From Octopus sinensis (Eukaryota), in NCBI RefSeq assembly GCF_006345805.1, contig NC_043005.1:60574001-60638000 (forward strand): a stretch of DNA of 64,000 nt, read 5' to 3'. Position 1 is the stretch's first letter, and every line of letters begins with the position of its first letter. A program made the translations under genes and the position numbers. The notes under the pieces are model-generated. The model was not told where the DNA came from. It ran no database searches and saw only the letters and a program-made list of their open reading frames with translations. Shown one piece after another: positions 40,041-53,638 of the stretch.

Positions 40041-41225
40041 TTCGCGCAAAAATTTGAAGCCGTTCATGATGTTATTATTATTACTATTTTAAATTATCAT
40101 GAATATTTTTTTTTATTTAAAAGAGCATGCGTTACAGTACATGAGACGAAACTTTGGAGCATCGATGAAATACATTGCGGTATTTGTCTAAGGGACTTTA
40201 TTTCTGATGAAATCTCGGCGAGGTTAACTTTGCCTTTCAGCATTTCATGGTCGATTAAATAAAGTATCAGTCAAGTACTGGCTTCGAGTGTATCGACCAC
40301 TCTAATACTTATGACTGGAAAACTATTATAACAGCAAGGAAAAATTAATGATTAGTCACACTATATAAATATCCTTTTACTTTTTATGAAATATATAGAT
40401 TCACAATTATAACTGAATTTTCTCCAAATAGCTGAAAACAATATTGAAATTTCAAACGAATTACTTCAGAAGTAAAAGTTTGAGTCATCCTACAGACATT
40501 TGGCAACATATCTAAATATAAAACATCGCGCCATGAAGTTTCCTATATAACAATTCCTATGTCTAAAGATATGAATAGCGAAAATAATGTAAACAGTGTC
40601 GAAATTATGATAAATCCGTATATTATGCTGCTATTTTGATTCTGTTATACATATATAAATGAGGAGATATATTTTCAGATTTACTTGTTTGTGAATATGG
40701 GTACGTTTTTTTTTTACGTGAGCGATAAGGAAAAGAATTGGTAAGATAAAATCTAAAATCCTACATGACGAGTGTGGGGTTTCTCAACGGCTGGATGTAG
40801 CTTTAAAATGTCAATGATAACGTGCCAGCCTCTGCATTTAGTGTAATTCAATAAGCAGAGCAGTAAATGTATAATGTGCATGCCTAAAAGTAATCAATTT
40901 GTAGAACTTAGTGTAAATTAATTGTATGCATTGGTTCTAATGTAAATGTATATGTATATGCGTGCATGTTAGTCTATGTGTCTTTGTCTCTGTAGGCATT
41001 TTTTGAATAACGTTATGAATGAATAATTGCGAAGTTCGCTACACTATCACGAAATCTTGGTTATCTTATCGCCACTCGGGTTCAAGGGTAGGTGTCAATT
41101 TTCTCTTTCTTCGGGTTGACCTAAAAGTTGTTAAGGAAATTTAGTAGAAAAACACAGTATAGAAACCCATCGAATAGCTGGTACTAGTAGTTCAGCAATC
41201 CAGCTTTCACACACTGTCATGTTAA

Positions 41226-41650
41226 TTTCATATTATATATTTCTTTATTACCCACAAGGGGCTAAATATAGAGGGGACAAACAAGGACAGACAAAGGGAC
41301 TAAGTCTATTACATCGACCCCAGTGCGTAACTGGTACTTTATTTATCGACCCCGAAATGATGAAAGGCAAAGTCGACCTCGGCGGAATTTGAACTCAGAA
41401 CATAACGGCAGACGAAATACCTATTTCTTTACTGCCCACAAGGGGCTACACACAGAGGGGACAAACAAGGACAGACAAACGGATTAAACCGATAATATCG
41501 ACCCCAGTGCGTAAATGGTACTTATTTAATCGACCCCGAAAGGATGAAAGGCAAAGTTGACATCGGTGGAATTTGAACTCAGAACGTAGCGACAGACCAA
41601 ATACTGCTAAGCATTTCGCCCGGTGTGCTAACGATTCTGCCTTATCACCG
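41226..41650 (-). mobile_element. SINE family A with tandem body duplication
   Basis: tatttcttta.t.cccacaagggg occurs twice, followed by the head. Confidence 0.85.
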
Positions 41651-42625
41651 CTCTATGATTTCATATTATAATTATACACACGGTACACCTGTTAGTGGAG
41701 TTATCAGCCACGTAAAAGACAATCCCTTGAGGGTGATTATTTAAAAACCTGAACTTGGATAGTCCCATAAAACGAATATAAATAAAATGAAATTGTATAA
41801 AAATGAAAAAAATGAAAATGTTCACCTGAGCCCCACTCCCATGCGATACCATTTGAACCGTTATATACATTATCTACAGTTGTTCTTCAATTTTCTCTTT
41901 TTCACCATATGTTAAACATAACACAAAACACTTTACTCTTTCTGTTTATTTTTCCCTACAATTTATTATACTTATTTTCATTTTAATAGTACTTCATCAA
42001 TGTTTCAATGTCTATTAGATCCACTACTAGCGACAACTCATTGTGAGGGTGGAATTTATCATAATTCCACCCTCACTTCTGGTGGGTCAGCACTATCTCC
42101 ACACATCTATTTCAGTTTCCTGCGGGTTTCCTTTTCAATCACTATCGCCTTCATATCCTCTCCATATATGTATGATGGTACTTTTACTCATAATATTGGA
42201 TTAAACTAAACTATCTTCACTGTTTCTACATTCTTTGGGTATGTCACATAATACCATACTCCATTTCATCCTCGTATTTTCTTTCCTTTATCTTAAACTC
42301 TTTTGCTCTCTTTTCCTACTCCACTCTAAATAGTTTCTCCATCTCATTTTCGTTCAGTTGGATTTCCGAATCTTTCTCCACTGGTACAACCGGTATCTTT
42401 ATTTGTAACTCTACTTTCTTTTTACTTTCTTTCTCTATCATCCTTTTATCTTCCTTCCTGCTGACCTCCTTCACAGTTTCTTTTCTCATCTCTTCTCTTC
42501 CATTATATATGTATGCATTTATGTGTGCATGTATATGGAAATATATAAACATGTAGCCTTCACCATTTTCTAAACAAAACAGGGATTTGAATCGAATATT
42601 TACACGTTATTATTTATTGGTTAAT

Positions 42626-43140
42626 AAAGGCGTCGAGCTGGCAGAATCGTTAGCACACCGGGCGAAATGCTTAGCAGTATTTCGTCTGCTGTTACGTTCT
42701 GAGTTCAAATTCCGCCAAGGTCCACTTTACCTTTCGACAAATTAAGTACCAGTTACGCCCTGGAGTCGATGTAATCGACTTAATCCCTTTGTCTGTCCTT
42801 GTTCGTCCCCTCTATGTTCAGCCCCTTGTGGGCAATAAAGAAATAAGAATAAATAGAACGCCTGGCAAAATGCTAGGGTGCATTTCATCCGTTCTCACGT
42901 TCAGAGTTCAAATTCCGCCGACGTCGACATTGCCTTCCATCCCTTCGGGGTCAATAAAATAAATACCACTGGAGTACTGGGGCCGATGCAATCGACTTAA
43001 CCCCCTCCCCAAAAATTTCAGACCTTCTGCTTTTACTAGAAATGATTGATTAATGAAGGCGGTAAGCTGGCAGAATCTTTAGCACTCCGTGGAGGTCGAC
43101 TTAGGCTTCCAATTTTCGGGGTCGATAAATTAGGTACCAG
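42626..43140 (+). mobile_element. Cluster of SINE family A copies
   Basis: Three head/body matches. Confidence 0.8.
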
Positions 43141-43559
43141 CGAAACACTCCCATCCAGCCAAATGGCAGCGCTTCTGGAAAAATTTGAAGCCATTATCTA
43201 ATGGTTAATGTATTTCGATACTTACTATTTATGTGTTTGCGCGCGCGTATATGTGCGTGTGTGTGTGTAAACTTACATGCATACATACATACACGCAATG
43301 TTTCGAATATCAGCATTTAAATGCTTAAAACACTATGAAGATGTCGAGGAAAATAATAACGCTAGAAAGAGGATTAAATCAATCAAAGAGAGACAATATA
43401 CAGCGGTTGAGTTTACAGACAATATTAATGCGATTTTGACTATGGGGCACAGCTTTGATTGAAATTTTGACACTCAGTAGACTTAGAAAATGGTTTCCTT
43501 ATTGAGGGAGCAGAGGATAAGTAAATTTTATTCAAAAACACCGAATGCTGATATTCTTT

Positions 43560-44375
43560 TTTACTCTAGACACAAGGCCCGAAATTTTGGGAAGAGGAAG
43601 CCAGTCGATTAGATCTACCCTAGTACGCAACTGGTAATTAATTTATCGACCCCCGAAAGGATGAAAGGCAAAGTCGACCTCGGCGGAATTTGAACTCAGA
43701 ACGTAACGGCAGACAAAATACATATTTCTTTATTACCCACAAGGGGCTAAACACAGAGAGGAAAAACAAGGACAGACAAATGGATTAAGTCGATTATATC
43801 GACCCCAGTGTCTAACTGGTACGTATTTAATCGACCCAAAAAGGATGAAAGGTAAAGTTGACATCGGCGGAATTTGAACTCAGAACGGAGCAACAGACGA
43901 AATACCTATTTCTTTATTACCCACAGGGGGCTAAACACAGAGGGAACAAACAAGGACAGACATAGGTATTAAGTCGATTACATCGACCCCAGTGCGTAAC
44001 TGGTACTTAATTTATCGACCCCGAAAGGATGAAAGGCAAAGTCGACCTCGGCGGAATTTGAACTCACAACGTTACGCAGACGAAATACCTATTTCTTTAT
44101 TACCCACAAGAGGCTAAACACAGAGGGGACAAACAAGGACAGACATAGGTATTAAGTCAATTACATCGACCCCAGTGCGTAACTGGTACTTAATTTCTCG
44201 ACCCCGAAAGGATGAAAGGCAAAGTCGACCTCGGCGGAATTTGAACTCACAACGTAACGCAGACGAAATACCGCTACGCATTTCGCCCGGTGTGCTAACG
44301 ATTCTGCCAGCTCACCGCCTTATAGCGCAAAGCATTTTGCTCGGCGTGTTAACGTTTTAGCCAGCTCGCCGCCTT
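43560..44375 (-). mobile_element. Tandem multimer of SINE family A body (period 183-184 bp, about 4 units) plus head
   Basis: tatttctttattacccac recurs at 43723, 43907 and 44090. Confidence 0.9.
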
Positions 44376-44415
44376 CCGAATGCTGATCTTACTGCTCAGA
44401 CTTATACCTTATTAA

Positions 44416-44787
44416 ACAAGTTTCAGATAAGAAGTCACTCACAAAACGCGACTGGTGATATTCTTAATTTTTTGGTGAACTGTGTTAGCATTTCACATAC
44501 ATTGTTAATGAGACTCTAAATGGCACAAAAATCAGAAGTCATTGATTGTGGGGAGATATAAACATTCTTCTCGTCATTGTTGAATGAGTTTCGGAATAAC
44601 ACAAGTTTCAGATAAGAAGTCACTCACAAAACGCGACTGGTGATATTCTTAATTTTTTGGTGAACTGTGTTAGCATTTCACATACATTGTTAATGAGACT
44701 CTAAATGGCACAAAAATCAGAAGTCATTGATTGTGGGGAGATATAAACATTCTTCTCGTCATTGTTGAATGAGTTTCGGAATAACAC
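44416..44787. repeat. Near-identical tandem duplication (185/186-bp unit x2)
   Basis: acaagtttcagataagaag at 44416 and 44601. Confidence 0.9.
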
Positions 44788-45033
44788 TACACACATGTTC
44801 TTTACGTGCCAGAAATGGTTGTTATACAAAGTACCATTTTAATTTTACTTGCTTCAATCATTAGACAGCAGCCATGCTAGGGCGCCACATTGAAGGTTTG
44901 TTAAGCGAAAGTATTGAACACAGTATTTTTTTAAATAAAGCATGGTACTAATTCTATCGGTCCCACTGGCCAACCCGCTAGGATACGAGAACGGTTGTGA
45001 AGCGGTGGTGGGAGCAGAAACACGGGCACAAAG

Positions 45034-45064
<31 letters not shown>

Positions 45065-45265
45065 ACGTGATCACGTGACCGACCAGGCTATCAGCTGTTG
45101 CTACACATCGCTTGTCACAATGCGCTTCGCATTGTTTTAGCGTTCAAATGACGCCACCCTGCTGAAGAAAGAGTGAGAGAAAGTTGCGTCGAAAGAGTAC
45201 AGCAGGATCGCCACCCACCCCCCAGCCGGAGCCTCGTGGAGTTTTAAATGTTTTCGCTCAATAAA

Positions 45266-45323
<58 letters not shown>

Positions 45324-45499
45324 GATCGACCGCTAGCCGCTAAAGTTTTCTTTGTTTCTCTCTCTGTTTATTTTCTCGTGTTCCGTTCAGTTGAAGAGCA
45401 TGGGCTTGAAACGTAAAAGACTTTCTCACATTCCCGAGCGTTAAACTAATACACCTGTTTGTTGTTTACACACCTATCTTCGTCTTTTGTTTCTTTATA

Positions 45500-45551
<52 letters not shown>

Positions 45552-45899
45552 TTTATATATTTGTTTTGCAAGATTTTTGATGTGAAATCGTGTGTTGAAA
45601 CAGATATTGTTGTATTTAGGAATGCTCATTTTGCCAGTTTAGCCAATAAAAACACACGCACTGTATATTTGGTGTTACTTTGCTTCAGCGTTATTTATTT
45701 TTTTAAATTAATCTTAATCTTATTTCGGCCGGAGTTCTTTCGTCACACTTCATGTACTCACAATGCATGCCATCAGATAAATGTGGCATTTTGTGTAGGC
45801 ATGAAAAAATAAATTGAATTAATATATGAAATATGTAACTTAGAGGTGAAAAAGACCTCATTGGCAGTGATTGCTATTGTAACTTAAACCAATTATAAG

Positions 45900-46300
45900 C
45901 GCTCTCACTGGCGGGCACCGCTACATTTCCCTTTGCTTGAGTTTAACTATGAGAACACAAAAAGAAAATACACCGAAATTATTTCGTCTCTGATAACTTG
46001 TCCTTGGAAAATTATATGATATACAGACTTTCTCTATTTCTCCAAGGAACATGTGCATCAGAAATGTCTTTAGCATGTACTGACCATTGTAGTGCATCTC
46101 ATTTTTGAAAGAACTGTGCAAGAAATTATGAGATACTTTCAATAACCTGCTTGAGAGATATACCATTTTCATTAGCCGTGTCCTGAAATTGCATTTGATG
46201 TTGTGAAACAGTATTATTATCAATGGTGAAACGGTAGCAATACTTTTCAACATTTCCTTTACTTTCACTCATTATTCCAATTCTCTTGGCTGCAGTGTTC
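45900..46300 (-). pseudogene. Possible LINE AP-endonuclease relic
   Basis: One minus frame reads QDTANENGISLKQVIES..FFQK.., resembling the N.NG..L...FF.K region of RTE/L2 endonucleases; heavily decayed. Confidence 0.3.
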
Positions 46301-47359
46301 TAAATCTCGCTGTATTGACATACCAGTTTTTGTTATTTATTTTGTGTTTCATTTGATCGTCTTCTTTCCATTTTAGCTCGTTCTGTAAATATACCCTCAG
46401 TAATATGACCATAGCTTGCTGCAAGAACGAGATTATATATTGATTACCTATTAGACCAAATCTACAACCGTTTACGTTTTTTTACTTGAGAAAAACAGAG
46501 AAGAAAACCTGGCAATTTTCGCCAGTTCTTCTATAGCTATAACTACTAGAGCTTGAAATAAAAGCAATTTGCTAGTAACTTACTAAGACTTTTTCTTCTC
46601 TCTCTCTCCACCTCTCTCTCTCTCACTCACTCACTCACTCCCCCTCTTTATATCCTGTACTACCTTAAACCTGAATATTTACCACTTTCAAATATAGTGA
46701 AAAGAAAAAAATGTTCTGTAGGTTTTTAAAGATTATTCAATAAATATCTTCTCATTTCACTATTTAATATTTCAATTATTTATTCTCACACACGGATACA
46801 TTTATACGTCCGTATTATCACATTGTGGTGCTAGATATATACTCATAAACGGCTGTATAGTAAATATACTTTTTTATATATACACGCACATTCAACATAT
46901 TCATACATATATACCTTTATTTATAGTATACACATGTGTGTGTATGTACTGGTGGGTGTGAGTGTGTGTATACAAACTTTAAATTCAAGCTACTATGCTG
47001 TGAAACAAGATGGTCATATAGACTTGTATAGCATGCTTTGAACTTCCAAACAATCTTTCTGCCCAACATGGTTTGTTTTTGGCAAGAAATATAAAATAAG
47101 AAATATGAAAGTGGAATGCGAAAAGAAAAAAAGAAATTAAATTGTTTCCCGCATGTGAATATGAAGTTATACGCCAACTTAACTAGACATATCTGGTAAC
47201 TGGAGGCCAAATACACACAACACGTCATCAACTGGAACATTGTGGAACGATCCACGTTATACGTTGATCTTTCAAATAGGTGCAGGATTTCTTTAGTCGA
47301 AACCTCTCATATTCTTTCTACATGTAAAAATTATACTGAGTGGCCAAAATGTAAATCTC

Positions 47360-48250
47360 ACAATTTTACATTTCATGGATATTTGTCCTCATCTTGTTTG
47401 TTGCTAACACAACGTTTCGGCTGATATACCCACCAGCCTTCATCAGATCTCTTGGGGGAAATTTCGAACCTGGGTTCTCATTCCTAGGTTATTTTTCGAT
47501 GTTATTATTATTATTCAGGTTACTGCCTATAATCGAACTAGGAATATTGGAGTTTGTAGCCCGCTCTCTTAAACACTACACCATATGCCCGTAGGCAGTT
47601 ATGGAGTGAATCGAATATTCACTTATCCTTCCTTAATACCGGTTCCCATATGCTACTCATATCTGCACTCGATCTGCTTAGAAGCCTGTTGTGTCCTAGC
47701 ATATGTGCTGCTTCTTTTAGCTTTTGTATTTTCCAGTGATGTTCTCTCTCTATTATTTTAATTTCATCCCACAGGGGGAGGTAGTCTCCATTTTTCCATA
47801 CAGGACCAGCTATAATCGATTTATCAATATCTCCCCGTGTCACAGCTTCGCAATGTTCCTCTACCCTTATTTTAAGGGAGCGGCATGTTTCGGCTTTGTA
47901 TAACCTACCACAGCTGTATGACATGGAGTACACGCAGTTTTTGGTCATAATCGCTTCTATGACCAAGGGGGTATTTGCGAAGTATTGTATTATTCTTGAA
48001 TACTGTCCTGATGTCATATGGGCCACATATCTTTTGTCTCTTTTCGAAGAGGCTTTCACGTAGGGTAGACATACTGTGGACAGTTTATTGTTTTGATCCT
48101 CTCTTTTCTTCGTAATTGGATAGTATGTTTTGGGTGTAGTTGTTGCTTAATAAATTGTTACTGAGCTTGATCATTTCGTCGTGGTTGGTATCACGATCTT
48201 ATGTTTTAAGCACTGAGCAATCCATACGCTGTAAGGAGATGGATTGTTCA
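47360..48250 (-). mobile_element. Penelope-like element 3' fragment: linker, GIY-YIG endonuclease and pLTR with hammerhead
   Basis: ORF 47619-48059 KNCVYSMSYSCGRLYKAETCRSLKIRVEEH..WDEIKIIERE..KLKEAAHM; an upstream frame reads ..FEKRQKICGPYDIRTVFK; HHR at 47406-47451(-): CUGAUGA a GGCUG-guggguauau-CAGCC GAAAC GUU/GUGUU. Confidence 0.9.
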
Positions 48251-48552
48251 GTGCCTAAAACATCGAGTAAATAATAGAACTGTCTCACAATTTTATTAAA
48301 CGTTATTAAATTTTTTTTTCATTGAACTGGAAATCACCATATATATATACTTTGTCTATAAATTGCTGAAAATGACACATCGCCCTAATAATGGATTCTC
48401 AGACTGAGTGAATCGATGGCAATGTCTACCAAAGGGTTATATATATATATACGTATATATATATACATATATATAGAGAGAGAGAGGGAGAGAGAGGGAG
48501 AGAGAGAGAGACAGACAGACAGACACACAGACAGACAGACAGACAGACAGAC

Positions 48553-48625
<73 letters not shown>

Positions 48626-48739
48626 CATAAATATATGTCAAGAACAAGAGATAATTTTTGTCTCCTTTTATGGAAACAAATGGGTTTATAGGACTGCGAA
48701 AAAGAAATGCTGAAATGTAAATGAGAGAAAGATGAAGAA

Positions 48740-49641
48740 ACATTGTTCATAGAACAAACATCTAATTCGAGTCAACGACTTTATATATAACACCATACCT
48801 CAAACAGTTGGTCATATATAAATATTGTCACGGTTCTTACACATATAAAGATATACATATACATAAAAACACAGAAGATAATATATATATATATGCGAAT
48901 AAAATACAAATATATAGAACGGCCTTTCAAAAAGGTAAATATAAACGACTAAAAATTCATAAAAATTCTAAAGCGTGTCATGCTATTAAAAAATTAAATA
49001 AACTGAGATAAAAATAAAATATCACTCCACTAAAAAATATTTTTAAATGTTTTTTTTTTACTCCCCTCACACAATAGTACTTACAAAAAGTTCAATTCTT
49101 AAAACCATGGTAAGTTAGAGTCCATGAGCAAAAAGAGTTCTACAAAATCAAATCAAGCACACAATGGCCATTTCGGGAGCTCCCTACCGTGGTTCGATTA
49201 CTTTTAAAGTGCATCACGGTAATGACTCCCTCATGAAAATGGACAAGAAATACACACAGAATAAAACTAAAAAGTTCACACAACGCCACACAGCTAATTA
49301 AAATGATAAACCCATCACAGGACCAGTTTAAATTTTCTAAAACAACAACAAAAATTTTTTTTCAAATATTTTTAGTCGATTGATATTTTAGTTAGTTTTT
49401 TAATAGCATGTCACGCTTTAGAATTTTTATGAATTTTTAGTCGTTTATATTTACCTTTTTGATAGGCCATTCTATATATTTGTATGTTATTCGCATATAT
49501 ATTTTTACCATTCTGTGTTTTTATGTATAGGTATTATTTTTTATACGTTTAAGAACCAGGGTAATATTTATATATGATCAAATGTTTGAGGTATGGTGTT
49601 ATAAAGTCGTTGACTCAAATTTGATGTTTGTTCTATGAACA

Positions 49642-49645
<4 letters not shown>
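48740..49645. mobile_element. Foldback element with about 300-bp diverged inverted arms
   Basis: acattgttcatagaacaaacatc... and ...gatgtttgttctatgaacaatgt are reverse complements; the right end abuts (TA)n. Confidence 0.8.
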
Positions 49646-49708
<63 letters not shown>

Positions 49709-50558
49709 TAAGGAAAATTTTTTTTAAAAATGCAGAATGCTCAAATGAAAGAAAATTTTAATAAAATGAGAAAATGATAAAATATATAAATATATATTTA
49801 TTCAACCGGTTTTCGTCATTGTATGACTTGTCAAGAATATTTATGTTTTAAGAAGTTATTTTAAAAATTAGAAAGGGAAAAAAAAGAAAATTGCATTGTT
49901 TTTTGTAAAAGAATAATGATAAAAATGTACAAAAATTAAAAGATAAGTTCTCCGATACATTGTGAGTTCGTTGTGTATCTTGAGTTTTATGGTTGTTTAC
50001 CAAAAAATTACCTTGAGGTGTTAAGATCCAAAGGGATTAAGAGCATGTGATGTGTTGTGTTGTTAAATTCAGCATGTTGCAGGACAGGAAGTAGTAGTAA
50101 TTGTGGTCCTGGTTCTTCAGTTCCTGTGTTGTGGGTAAGGGGAGACAACTCTTTTGAGTTCTTCAATAAAACCCAAATTATAAAACTATCATTTTAGCTT
50201 CATTTGCATTATCTTTTTTATATAATTGCTTGTTAACTTAACTTTCAGATTTTAACACTTTATTTATATTATTTTCTAATAATATAAATCTGCATAGACA
50301 ATTGCATTTCAAATTGTCATATCATTTATAATAAAAATGATAGTAATAACAACAATAGTAAAAATGATATTTAAAGAATATAAGTTTTAGCTTGAAGTGA
50401 TGAATGCATGGTATCTTTATATATTTGTGTTAGTCCATCCATGAAGAGTGAGGTAGAGAAAGGAAGTTTGATCAACGAGGAGTTTGCATATTAAGTTGTG
50501 TTTGGAATTTTTCAATAAAGAGATTCTCCTTGTTAATTCTCTCCTGTGTGGTGATCCC

Positions 50559-50608
<50 letters not shown>

Positions 50609-51768
50609 ATGTATGTATCAGAGATTTTAAACAAGTTGTTTTTTTCCATATGATTACTGTTGTTTCGCGGTCTTCATCACTTTACAATAATTTCATTGTA
50701 TAATAAATCATTTTATATGTCGGCATGGTGTGCATGCTACACCTTGTACATTATGATTGTGCGTTTACAAATCAATGTGAAACAGGAACGGTCGTTCATC
50801 GGATTTCCAGAACATTATGGTTACACCATTGCATCAATTCGAAGTATACATAATAATCTTTATATTTCCAGTTATCTATTCCCTAATGAATTCATTACAA
50901 TTTTCTTAGATTTTTACATTTACTTTATACATAGTCAAATTTCTTAAAATTTAATTCAATGATTTTACTTCCTAAGCGTGGCCAATCTCATCAACTTATA
51001 TCCAGCACTACCACGTGATACAAAATATAATTATTATTTACATTTATTTTTAAGGACCATACCAAACTAATTTTACCTGGTATCGGTCTTCCATACACAC
51101 ATTGTATATATAAAAGGAAAATTGTATACTTAGCTTTCTTCATCTTCATTGATTTGTAAGTACAACTGTATTGTACAATGCCTACCATGCGTATTATGCA
51201 GACATGCAAAATAATTTATTGTACATGTTGAAAAGTGCCAAACAGTCGTAATCCTAAGAACAGGTGGCTAAATAAATATATTCACCTTTAATACCACCTA
51301 AATTTTTATGGTTTATATACATACCCATACATCCATATATATATTTACATTTATATATTTACATACATATATATATTTATTTATTTATATACATATATAT
51401 ACACACACACACAAATATATATATATATATATCATTTAGCAGTAACTTCGGAGTTTCTGCAAATGGGGTAGTCAAACTGTATAGAAGCTGGATGTTTATC
51501 GTAATATATCTAAGTTACTCACATTACAAATTGAAGTTTGAGGCAATGAGGCGATTAGAATAACCGAAACGGCTGTTTTCGAACCCAAAGGATACGACTG
51601 TAATATTTAATTCATTCTTTATTGGCGATATAAGGAACGCTATATAAGGGGGAAAATGTTTGCCTTAGTATTTGGGCTGTTAGATATACAGAGATTTGCA
51701 GTTACTATTCTCAAGATGTGCGAATTCATAAAGATGATCCTTAAAATATTAAAACGAATACTCTTTTA

Positions 51769-51970
51769 CTCTTTTACTTGTTTCAGTCATCTAACTGTGG
51801 CCATGCTGGAGCACCGCCTTTAGTCGAACAAATCGATCCCTGGACTTATTGTTTGGAAGCCTAGTACTTATTGTGTCGGTCTTTTTTGCCGAACCGCTAA
51901 GTTATGGAAACGTAAACACACCACCATCGGTTGTGATGTGATGTTGGGGGGACAAACACAGCCACACAAA

Positions 51971-52040
<70 letters not shown>

Positions 52041-52203
52041 GACGGGCTTCTTTCAGTTCCAGTCTACCAAATCCACTCACAAGACTTTGGTCGACCCGAT
52101 GCTATAGTAGAAGACACTTGCCCTAGGTACCACACAATGGGACTGAACCCGGAACCATGTGGTTCGTAAGCAGGCTACTTACCACACAGCCACTCTTACG
52201 CCT
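51769..52203 (-). mobile_element. tRNA-derived SINE family B
   Basis: Homologous to 31138-31547. Confidence 0.85.
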
Positions 52204-53320
52204 ATAATGTGTTCCTTTGCAAAAAGTATTAGGATGTACTGCAAGTATGGTATTAATCATGCATCCCTTCTATTGTCGAAGGGATTTCTTGCGATGTATA
52301 TTTTCTAATAAAATTCTAAATGTTCTTGAAAATAATATCGTAAAAATGCAAATTATTTATCGTAAAACAATAAAACTGACATTAAAATCCTTCCATGTTG
52401 CCCACCTTTGCATGATATTAAATTTAATTCCATGCAACCAAACTCCAATATTTAGTAACGTTTGAAATTGCACTACACTTTTAGATATAGGTCATCAATC
52501 CCTTGGAGTCTAATTATATTTTGAACATAGCCACTCTCTTGTATAATACATTGGTACGGATGCACTAGTATGTATGCCACTAATATTCGCATTTACGCTG
52601 ATGGGAAACGCTGACGAACTAAACTTCATTTTATCTTGCGATCGAATAAAGGTTAAACCTGGAAACTACATAATATAACAGATGAAGTAAGTATAGAGAA
52701 TCTGTTAGTGTTCGTGCATTTAATGTTAACTTAATTATTTAACCTAAATTTCTATATTTATTGAACATACATATTTATTGAACATACATATTTATTTTAC
52801 ATTATCAATTATGTTTCATAAATACTCTTTATTTACTGAGTCTAAATCTACTACATCTGTCTTTCAACCAACCTATTCAATTGAACATATATATTTATAT
52901 ACTTACTAAATTTTTCAGATTATTCACAGCTCTATTTAATTTTTATCTAATTTATTTCATTCCTCTTCAATTTCGCAATAAGTATATATTTTTAGTTGAA
53001 ATTCATTGAATATTATTTGTAATTCGTCGTATATTTGCTACACACTATATTAATATGACATAAATTTTCTAAATAAAACTGTTGATTAAATAATGACATT
53101 GATTTAATGTTCATGTTATCAGTGTGACACACCCCGACAAAATAATTGTATTTTATAATTGTGATTAAATTTATATGTGTTATATATTCATCCATCAGTT
53201 CATATACCTACATAACTAGATTCGATCTTCTTATTGAAAATATTTGAAGATACGCATTTCTATTAAATATATTTTAAATACAAACATTGAAATGAATATG
53301 AATGTGTTAGTATGTGCTTG

Positions 53321-53352
<32 letters not shown>

Positions 53353-53362
53353 CGATATATGT

Positions 53363-53638
53363 AAAAACCAAGGCTGTGTAGATATTAGAATATTTATAGA
53401 TGGAAGGTCTTACAGTTGTTTCCAGAATATTTATTTATTATATCCCTTCATCGGTGACGGTGTGAGAGAATGGTTAAGTAATAGTTAATTTAGATAGGAT
53501 ACAAAATAGAGAATGGGGTGGAGAAAAGAAAATAGATGTGAGATATGTAGAGATATTAAATTTGTAGATCCATTTTTTTAGGCAGAATGGTATATATTTA
53601 AGATTCCAATACCTCATGAGTAAAATCCAACAGTATTT
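53363..53638 (-). mobile_element. Single-arm copy of the 5874-6294 pLTR family, HHR-like motif at 53407-53458
   Basis: Colinear with 5895-6170; minus strand GUCA CCGAUGA..GAAACAACUGUA/AGAC. Confidence 0.75.

Noticed and set aside
50100-50160. CTGAAGA on the minus strand as an HHR
   Set aside because: No matching GAAA or stem III downstream.
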